From NCBI GenBank assembly GCA_036337845.1, contig JAYZDK010000098.1, forward strand, positions 1 through 53,205: a stretch of DNA of 53,205 nucleotides, given 5' to 3'. The translations under genes were made by a program, and so were the position numbers. Positions 1 to 6,497 of this stretch are shown here, one piece after another. Position 1 is the stretch's first letter, and each line of letters opens with the position of its first letter. This DNA comes from Myxococcota bacterium (GTDB lineage: Bacteria > Myxococcota_A > UBA796 > CAJQPC01). The notes beneath the pieces were generated by a model that was not told the DNA's origin, did no database searches, and was given only the letters and a program-made list of their open reading frames with translations.

Positions 1-595
1 CACTCTCCGGCGCACTTAGATCCGTTGCGGTCAGCATCAGAACCTTTGTCTCTTCCAGCTCCACAGGCGTAATATTGATGGGTGCCATTGTGCCACCGCC
101 TACCGCCTGTAGCGACTCGATCTCTCCCACCGTAGCCGACAGTGCAAACCGCCTCGCCGCATGGGGCAGATGAGCGGGCCCCTCCGGGCGAACACGCACC
201 TCCACCCGCTGGAGCCCACCAATCAGGTCCGGTGGGGTGAGCTCGATCTTCAGGGTTCCACCAGCCACAGGCTGCAAGGGCAGGCTCACCACCTTGTCGA
301 GCTCGATTCCCCCCTTGATACGCACCCTTAGAGACAACGCGCCAGCCGTATCCAGAGGCTCCCCTGAAAGGTCAACAGCCAGGAGCCCAGGCATGGGAAT
401 GGAGTGTCCCACAACGACACCCTCACGTGTCTTGATGCGCACTTTGTCTGTCAGGGCCAGGTTTGGAACCTCCAGATACACCCGGTGTACAGACACCCCA
501 TCCGCGAGAATAGGGCCATCGTGAAGTACATTGAGCTCCCCCGGAAAAGCCACCACCGGCCAAGCAAAAGCTATAAGCAAGAAAAGCCGGCGCAT
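1..595 (-). CDS. Secreted protein of unknown function, partial (C-terminus lies beyond the window start)
   Basis: Absent from the ORF track because no stop lies inside the window. Reading the minus strand from the ATG at 593-595 gives MRRLFLLIAFAWPVVAFPGELNVLHDGPILADG... and stays open for ~198 codons to position 1. AGGAGG lies ~9 nt upstream of the ATG. The N-terminus looks like a signal peptide. No family recognised. Confidence 0.5.
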   Translation of the reverse strand, partial: MRRLFLLIAFAWPVVAFPGELNVLHDGPILADGVSVHRVYLEVPNLALTDKVRIKTREGVVVGHSIPMPGLLAVDLSGEPLDTAGALSLRVRIKGGIELDKVVSLPLQPVAGGTLKIELTPPDLIGGLQRVEVRVRPEGPAHLPHAARRFALSATVGEIESLQAVGGGTMAPINITPVELEETKVLMLTATDLSAPES

Positions 596-642
596 GAAGA
601 GCACCCTCCTAGAGCAAGCAGACTACCGCAGGCGAGAAGGCT

Positions 643-1335
643 TCAGTAGTCTTCGGGAAGATGCTCTTCGATATCGCCTGCTGAGATCGAGTTGCGGTTG
701 GTCCAGAGAACCTCAAGCCCCGGGCCCAGCAATGTCAAATTGGGCAGACCAATACTCCCCCCGCCCATGTAGGGCGCATAGACCGAGAAGCCATCGTCAT
801 CGAGCACCGGGTGCGTGAGACCAAAGGTGTTTGCCCACCCTACACGACTGGCCCCATCAGTCATCAGTGTCATGGGCAGAAAGCCTCGGTCACCGTATTC
901 TTCGTATAGCGCCTGAACCTCAGGTGCTGTGGCCACGCAGCCGCCTCACCACTCCGCCGCTCCTTTTAGCAGCACCACCCGGTTGCAGAAGTCGTGGAGG
1001 TCCACCATTTCTCCATGCTGGTCCTCCAGACTGAAGTTCTCCGAGATGTCGCCTACGGAGTTACCCGTGGACTCCACATCGTCTCGGCAAGCATCAATCG
1101 CCCAGCCCCCCATATAGGGCATGTCGTCTTCATCGGTGGGGTCGGTATTCTGTTCGTATTCCTCTAAATCCGTCCAGCCATCGTCATCCGTATCCGGGTT
1201 GTTCGGGTCTGTGCCAAGTTCTGCTTCCTGAGCCTCGGTGAGCCCGTCGTTGTCGTAGTCTTCCCGCTCGGGAACACTGGGAAGACACCCCACCAGCCCC
1301 ACAAAAATCCATGCGTTCCACCGAATAGGCCACAT
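643..1335 (-). CDS. Lipoprotein with thrombospondin-type-3-like acidic repeats fused to a TlpA/ResA-like thioredoxin-fold domain; predicted selenoprotein (in-frame UGA at 946-948 read as Sec in a W-U-G-G-C motif)
   Basis: Track ORFs 946..1365 and 643..936 are in the same frame. They are separated only by TGA (946-948) followed by GGC GGC TGC. The joined protein reads ...FCNRVVLLKGAAEW-U-GGCVATAPEVQALYEEYGDRGFLPMTLMTD...HPVLDDDG...GLPNLTLLGPGLEVLW, the layout of WCxxC redoxins. The N-terminus has a lipobox-like FVGLVGC after Met at 1335 (AGAGGA upstream) and DxDxDG-type repeats (DNDGLTEAQE, DTDDDGWTDLEEY). The start could alternatively be 1365. Confidence 0.75.
908..928 (-). promoter_or_regulatory. 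Candidate bacterial SECIS hairpin downstream of UGA 946-948
   Basis: The minus-strand RNA AGCACCUG-AGGUU-CAGGCGCU begins 17 nt after the UGA. It forms a CCUG/CAGG stem extended by AGC/GCU across an A/C mismatch. The apical loop AGGUU contains GGU ~26-28 nt from the UGA. The same hairpin is conserved in the paralogue. Confidence 0.5.
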
Positions 1336-1375
1336 CAAACATCCTCTGACTCCAAGACTCATCACCTGCTCCGAA

Positions 1376-2068
1376 TCAGTAGTCGTCTGGAAGGTTCGAC
1401 TCGATATCTCCTGCTGTAATCGAGTTGCGGTTTGTCCAAAGGACCTTCAAACCCGGCGCCATCAATGTGAGGTTCGGCATACCAATGCTCCCCCCGCCCA
1501 TGTAGGGCGCATAGACCGAGAAGCCATTGTCATCGAGCACCGGGTGCGTAAGTCCGTGGGCTCCCGCCCACCCTGCAAGGCTGGCCTCATCGGTCAGCAG
1601 TGTCATGGGCAGAAAGCCTTGGTCGCCGTATTCTTCGTATAGCTCCTGAACCTCAGGTGCCTCAGCTACGCAGCCGCCTCACCACTCCGCCGCTGCAATC
1701 AGCAGCACCACCCGATTGCAGAAGTCGTGGAGGTCCACCATTTCTCCATGCTGGTCCTCCAGACTGAAGTTCTCCGAGATGTCGCCTACAGATTTACCCG
1801 TGGCCTCCACCTCGCAGTCATCGATCTGCCAGCCGCCGGTATAAGGCTTGGAATCCGCATTCAAGGGGTCGGTGTTCTCGTCGTACTCCTCCCCATCCGT
1901 CCAGCCATCATCATCGGAGTCCGGATTTTCGGGGTCCGTGCCGAGTGCCTCTTCCACATCACCCAGCAGCCCGTCTCCATCGAGATCCAACGGCAAGGTC
2001 ACCTCAGCTGCCACACAGCCGAGTCCAGAAGACAGACAAAGAGCGATTGGTAGAAAGAGGGTGCGCAT
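1376..2068 (-). CDS. Paralogous lipoprotein with acidic Ca-binding-type repeats and a TlpA/ResA-like thioredoxin fold; predicted selenoprotein (UGA at 1679-1681 read as Sec, W-U-G-G-C)
   Basis: Track ORFs 1679..2107 and 1376..1606 are in the same frame. The 72 nt between them contain no stop and translate to GGCVAEAPEVQELYEEYGDQGFLP. The joined protein reads ...RVVLLIAAAEW-U-GGCVAEAPEV...MTLLTDEAS...HPVLDDNG...GMPNLTLMAPGLKVLW. Met at 2068 gives MRTLFLPIALCLSSGLGC (lipobox-like). Repeats include DLDGDGLLGDVEE and DSDDDGWTDGEEY. The alternative start is 2107. Confidence 0.75.
1642..1660 (-). promoter_or_regulatory. Candidate bacterial SECIS hairpin downstream of UGA 1679-1681
   Basis: The minus-strand RNA is GCACCUG-AGGUU-CAGGAGC. 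It has the same CCUG/CAGG stem and the same AGGUU loop as the paralogue, at the same distance from the UGA. The outer pairs GC/GC lie across an A/A mismatch. Confidence 0.45.
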
Positions 2069-2150
2069 GAAAATCCCGTCACCCACCTTAGCGCATACCG
2101 AAAGCACCCAAAAGCGGAAGTGAATCCTTGACCAGGGTTAAACAAGCTCT

Positions 2151-2852
2151 ATGGCTCTCCTCTTCTCCCTGATCTGCATCACGTTTGGCTCGGCCGCACA
2201 GGCCCATCCCATCGCTGCAGAAATCACAGCGCACCAGTTGCGCCTCACCCTGGGAAAAACCCACGTCACTGTGGACTACCAGGTCTGGATCCCCAACAGC
2301 CACCTCGTAGAGGAACCTCAAGAGACCAACCCGCTGCAAACCCACCTACAAGAAGCCAAAGATGGACTCTCACTTCTGATCAATGACAACCCCACCGCCC
2401 TGACACTGCTGCCTTTGGAGGGCTCCGGCGTCCAGCCCGGAGGGCATGTCACCGGTTTTCAGGTGGCCTTGCAGGCTGAGTTGCCCTCACAAATGGGGCG
2501 TCAAGAGGTCTTGCTCGTCAACAGCGTGGAGCCCGATGAGCTGGCCAACTACAACACCGAGGTCTTCATACACCCCAGTCTACAAGTCTTGGAGACCTCG
2601 CTCTTGGACCTCGAAGAGGGCGAGTTGACTGCCAACCGCCACGCCCAGTGGCGCATGGATGAAGAAAGTCGAGAGACCCATGTGGTGGTTCGAAAACACC
2701 CGAGAATCCTCCAGTTCACGAGCACCGGAAAGTTCCGGCCTATCCACAAGGCGCTGGGGTTTCCCTGGATGGCGCTCATGGCGCTGGGCATCGGAGGCCT
2801 GGCAATAGCACTGGCTGCAGCTCGGATAATGCAGCACAGGAAGCACCGATGA
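2151..2852 (+). CDS. Hypothetical secreted protein with a C-terminal membrane anchor
   Basis: 233-aa ORF. N-terminal signal-like MALLFSLICITFGSAAQA. C-terminal hydrophobic segment WMALMALGIGGLAIALAAA followed by basic residues. Its stop overlaps the next start by 4 nt (ATGA). No family recognised. Confidence 0.55.
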   Translation: MALLFSLICITFGSAAQAHPIAAEITAHQLRLTLGKTHVTVDYQVWIPNSHLVEEPQETNPLQTHLQEAKDGLSLLINDNPTALTLLPLEGSGVQPGGHVTGFQVALQAELPSQMGRQEVLLVNSVEPDELANYNTEVFIHPSLQVLETSLLDLEEGELTANRHAQWRMDEESRETHVVVRKHPRILQFTSTGKFRPIHKALGFPWMALMALGIGGLAIALAAARIMQHRKHR

Positions 2853-4159
2853 AGCCAGCGCTGTTCATGGTGGCCCTGCTCTGCGCATGCCCCCCGAAGG
2901 CCCCCCCAGGCCAGACGAACGAGACCCACATCCAATTGGCGAGCTTCGACTACGCCTGGCAGCGGGTTCAAGACACCTACCACGACCCCAACATGGAGGG
3001 CCTCAACTGGGAGGCTATCCGCGACGAGCTTCGACCCATCGCGGAGCAAGCTACCGACAACGAGAGCCTGCGGGTTGTCCTCCACGACTTGCTGTCTCGA
3101 CTGGATGCTTCTCATTTTCAGGTAGTCCCGCAGTCTCTCTACGAGGTGAGCCACCACGCACCAGCACTCCCAGAGGGCGCCCCAGCCACTCCGCCTCCTT
3201 CCGGCACGGTGGGACTTGAGTTGCGCTGGGTAGAAGACGGATTGAGAGTCACCCAGGTCGCGGAGAACAGCCCAGCCGCGCTGGCAGGAATCCAGAGGGG
3301 CTACACGGTCCTCGCCATTGATGGGTTCAACCCCCAAGCCATCATCAACAACGCACAAGACCTCCACTCCCTACCCCATCTCCTTGCCCGCGCAGCAAAC
3401 AGCGCACTCACGGGCAACCCGGGGTCGGTAGTCACCCTATCGCTGGAAGACACCGAGGCTGTGAGCCTCACTCGGGTGGAGAGCGCAGGTGATGTAGTGC
3501 AGCTTGGATACCTGCCGCCCATCACCGTGGTCTTCGAGCACGCACTCCTAAACCCCGGCAGCCCATCCCTCATCGGCCTGATTCGGTTCAACGCATTCAT
3601 GCAACCTGCGGGAACTCGCTTCACAGAAGCCATGATCGACCTGATCGACCAGAACATCGACGGACTGGTAATCGACCTCCGCGGAAACCCCGGTGGGGTT
3701 GTGGCGATGACCATGGGGATGGCGGGTCATTTCATACCCGAACCCGGTCTGTCCCTGGGCACCATGACCCAGAGACACATGAAACTGACGCTCAAAGTTA
3801 TTCCTCGAGCACCAGCCCAGCAGTTCGACGGGCCCGTGGCCTTCCTGATCGATGAGCTCTCCGCGAGTACCTCCGAGGTCTTTGCGGCGGGCATGCAGTC
3901 CCTGGGGCGTGCACGAGTGTTTGGCAACACCAGCGCAGGTATGGCGCTGCCATCCATATTCGAAGTGCTTCCCAATGGAGACGGCCTGCAGTTCGCGATT
4001 GGAGACCTTCACGGACCTGACGGACAGCGCCTGGAAGGCATGGGCGTCGTTCCCGACACTCCGATAACGCTCACCACATCCGCACTTTCAGCCGGCACCG
4101 ATCCCATCCAAGACGCAGCCATGGCATGGATACTCGCCGAACAACAGGAACATCAATGA
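2849..4159 (+). CDS. S41-family C-terminal processing (tail-specific) peptidase with a PDZ domain
   Basis: PDZ-like segment GLELRWVEDGLRVTQVAENSPAALAGIQRGYTVLAIDG. S41 hallmark VIDLRGNPGG. Nucleophile region IDELSASTSEVFA. Confidence 0.85.
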   Translation: MKPALFMVALLCACPPKAPPGQTNETHIQLASFDYAWQRVQDTYHDPNMEGLNWEAIRDELRPIAEQATDNESLRVVLHDLLSRLDASHFQVVPQSLYEVSHHAPALPEGAPATPPPSGTVGLELRWVEDGLRVTQVAENSPAALAGIQRGYTVLAIDGFNPQAIINNAQDLHSLPHLLARAANSALTGNPGSVVTLSLEDTEAVSLTRVESAGDVVQLGYLPPITVVFEHALLNPGSPSLIGLIRFNAFMQPAGTRFTEAMIDLIDQNIDGLVIDLRGNPGGVVAMTMGMAGHFIPEPGLSLGTMTQRHMKLTLKVIPRAPAQQFDGPVAFLIDELSASTSEVFAAGMQSLGRARVFGNTSAGMALPSIFEVLPNGDGLQFAIGDLHGPDGQRLEGMGVVPDTPITLTTSALSAGTDPIQDAAMAWILAEQQEHQ

Positions 4160-4923
4160 CTCGACTAATCGCGGTTCTCATGGGTATGACAGCCACCGGC
4201 TGCGCAGCCAAAACCCCACCCAACACCACCGAGCCCACAGAAGCACCCACAGTAGCCGCCATTGTGGAACACGCCATTGAAGCCACAGGAGGCCGAGCCA
4301 GGCTGGAGGCCATTGAAAACGCCAGAATCTCTTATTCAGTGTCCATCCCCCAGCAGGGAATCGAGGGCACTCTGTTGGTGCACCACAGCGCTCCAAATCA
4401 GATGATGGCTCAGCAGGAATTTCCCGGACTGGCTGTCGTAAACCAGGGCTACGACGGCACCCACGGATGGGCCACTGACAACTTGATGGGCCCCCGTCTG
4501 TTGGGGGGGGTCGAGCTGGAGACGACCCGACGAGACGCTCACCTCTATTGGCTCATGGATTTCGACACGTACTACCCGGAAGCCACAGTGGCCGAGAGAA
4601 CCGACTTCGCTGGTGAGCCCGCCTGGAAGGTTCAGGCCCAGTCGGCCTGGGATCGAGAAGACGAGTTCTTCTTCCATACGAAAACAGGACTGCAGCTCGG
4701 CGCAATCACCCTGACAGAAACCCCCATGGGCTCCATGCCCATGGAGATTCGTTTCGAAAACTACGAAGATCGCGACGGACTGGTGCTGGCCACTCGACAG
4801 GTCGTCGTTACCGGGCCGGTCGAGATGATCACCGAGCTCGTGGAGTTTGAAATCAACGCCGAGAGCTTTCCCACCATTGAGGTTCCAGAAGACGTGCAGG
4901 CCCTCCTGGAGGCCTCGCCTTAG
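4156..4923 (+). CDS. Hypothetical lipoprotein (possibly a LolA-like fold)
   Basis: The ATG at 4156 overlaps the S41 stop (ATGA) and gives MTRLIAVLMGMTATGC (lipobox). The rest of the 265-aa track ORF is retained. The fold assignment is only an impression. Confidence 0.6.
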   Translation: MTRLIAVLMGMTATGCAAKTPPNTTEPTEAPTVAAIVEHAIEATGGRARLEAIENARISYSVSIPQQGIEGTLLVHHSAPNQMMAQQEFPGLAVVNQGYDGTHGWATDNLMGPRLLGGVELETTRRDAHLYWLMDFDTYYPEATVAERTDFAGEPAWKVQAQSAWDREDEFFFHTKTGLQLGAITLTETPMGSMPMEIRFENYEDRDGLVLATRQVVVTGPVEMITELVEFEINAESFPTIEVPEDVQALLEASP

Positions 4924-5759
4924 TTGGGTACAAGCTTCCCCTTGCCGTGAATATAGGCCCCCACGGCACGAGCATGGGCCAACTCCTCCTCGCTCAGAGG
5001 TCCGGCTGTCAGAGCGCTAAGTGCGTGTTCCATCTGCCAATCACTGGCCGGGCCCGTAATGCAGAGGTCCACGTTTGGGTTCATCAACGCAAACCGATAG
5101 CACTGTGCCGCCGTCATCGGCTCGGTGCCTGGCGGCATGTTCTTGGCATCGAGTAGCTTCCCCCAGCAGGTAGAGGTGTACGTGGTCATCCCCGGCCTGT
5201 TCTCTTTGGGAAGATGGGGAAACACATCCTCTTCCGCGCCCGCATGGGCCGAGTTGTAACGGACCATGAAAATATCGAACGGGTTGTCGGGACGCTGACC
5301 AATCTCGGCAAACAACGGCCGATGATGCCCAGACATGGCCAGGTGCCGCACCCGCCCGGCCGCAACCAACTCCTGAGCCGCATCGATGACCCGTGGAGAG
5401 GGGTAGGAGTCCCGCCACCCCAGGATGAGAACATCTGCATAGTCCAGCTTCAGCGACTTGAGGCCCCGCTCGCAGAAGGGGCGCATCAAGGTACCGGTGT
5501 GGTCATAGGTCTGGAGCGCTACCACCAGGTCTTCGCGATGTGCGCTCAGGTTTCGCACCGCCTGCTTCATGCCACCACGCCGGATGCTGCCCCAATACAG
5601 GTAGTTCACACCGTGCTCGTGAAAGGCTCGCTCAATCGCAGCGGCACCCACACCAAAACTGGCGCCAATGCCAAGCCTTCCAACTCGCAGCCCCGATCGG
5701 CCGAGGGTCACCGGGTCGTTCCAGTCCATGGACATACACTCACACGGATCGGACGTCAC
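4920..5759 (-). CDS. Aldo/keto reductase family oxidoreductase
   Basis: N-terminal LGRSGLRVGRLGIGASFG... and overall (alpha/beta)8 AKR-like motifs (HLAMSGHH, ITGPAS). The start may be an internal Met (5735 or 5729). Confidence 0.75.
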   Translation of the reverse strand: MTSDPCECMSMDWNDPVTLGRSGLRVGRLGIGASFGVGAAAIERAFHEHGVNYLYWGSIRRGGMKQAVRNLSAHREDLVVALQTYDHTGTLMRPFCERGLKSLKLDYADVLILGWRDSYPSPRVIDAAQELVAAGRVRHLAMSGHHRPLFAEIGQRPDNPFDIFMVRYNSAHAGAEEDVFPHLPKENRPGMTTYTSTCWGKLLDAKNMPPGTEPMTAAQCYRFALMNPNVDLCITGPASDWQMEHALSALTAGPLSEEELAHARAVGAYIHGKGKLVPN

Positions 5760-5795
5760 GGGAATCGCCGGTTAGCATATTTCCAGGAGGTGACT

Positions 5796-6497
5796 GTGAT
5801 CTTCCGCCAGTTGTTCGACCGGGAAACGTGTACCTACACCTACCTTCTGGCAGATGCCGAGTCTCGAGATGCCCTCTTGATCGACCCTGTCAAAGAACTG
5901 GTGGACCGAGACCTGCAGCTCCTCACCGAGTTGGGCTTGAAGCTTACGTGGTGCGCGGAAACCCACGTGCATGCCGATCACGTCACGGGCGCGGGGCTAC
6001 TCCGAGAGCGCACGGGCTGTACCACCGCCATGTCCAGACACGCAGGCGCCGAGTGTGCCGATCGCCTTCTCGATGATGGAGACATCCTCCGCGTGGGCTC
6101 GATAGCACTGGAGGTCCGCGAAACCCCCGGACACACCAACACCTGCGTGACCTATGTGCTGAGCGACAAATCCATGGCCTTTACCGGAGACACCATCTTC
6201 ATCCGAGGCTGCGGCCGTACCGACTTTCAGAAGGGCAATGCAGCCACGCTCTACCAATCCGTGCACAATCGCATCTTCACCTTGCCCGAGCATTGCCGGC
6301 TCTACCCCGGCCACGACTACAAAGGCCGCGGAGTGACAACCGTGGGCGAAGAAATCGCACACAATCCACGACTTGGGGGCGGCAAAACACTGGCCGATTT
6401 CGAGAACATCATGGCCTCGCTGAACCTCTCCCTGCCCCAGCGAATCGAGGAGGCCGTGCCCGCAAATCTCAGCTGTGGGCGCTCACCTTCTCCTTGA
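5796..6497 (+). CDS. MBL-fold persulfide dioxygenase (ETHE1-like)
   Basis: GTG at 5796, in frame with track ORF 5214..6497 and preceded by AGGAGG at 5785-5790. Protein reads VIFRQLFDRETCTYTYLLAD...THVHADHVTG...GDTIFIRGCGRTDFQKGNA...LYPGHDYKG, characteristic of ETHE1-type sulfur dioxygenases. The upstream part of the track ORF is antisense to the AKR gene and was discarded. Confidence 0.8.
   Translation: MIFRQLFDRETCTYTYLLADAESRDALLIDPVKELVDRDLQLLTELGLKLTWCAETHVHADHVTGAGLLRERTGCTTAMSRHAGAECADRLLDDGDILRVGSIALEVRETPGHTNTCVTYVLSDKSMAFTGDTIFIRGCGRTDFQKGNAATLYQSVHNRIFTLPEHCRLYPGHDYKGRGVTTVGEEIAHNPRLGGGKTLADFENIMASLNLSLPQRIEEAVPANLSCGRSPSP

Noticed and set aside
946-1681. The in-frame TGAs at 946-948 and 1679-1681 as ordinary stops (four separate small genes), as pseudogene lesions, or as evidence of a TGA-recoded genetic code
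   Set aside because: The downstream halves lack plausible independent starts: one begins at a GTG three codons after the TGA, the other only at an internal Met. Both halves together make one thioredoxin fold. Both paralogues have the TGA at the identical catalytic-Cys position. Other genes in the window terminate at TGA in sensible places, which argues against code 4/25-type reassignment.
5214-5795. N-terminal 194 codons of the 427-aa plus-strand ORF 5214..6497
   Set aside because: This part is antisense to the well-supported aldo-keto reductase gene and has no recognisable motifs. The ETHE1-like homology begins exactly at the GTG at 5796, which has an AGGAGG upstream. Long antisense ORFs are expected in GC-rich DNA.
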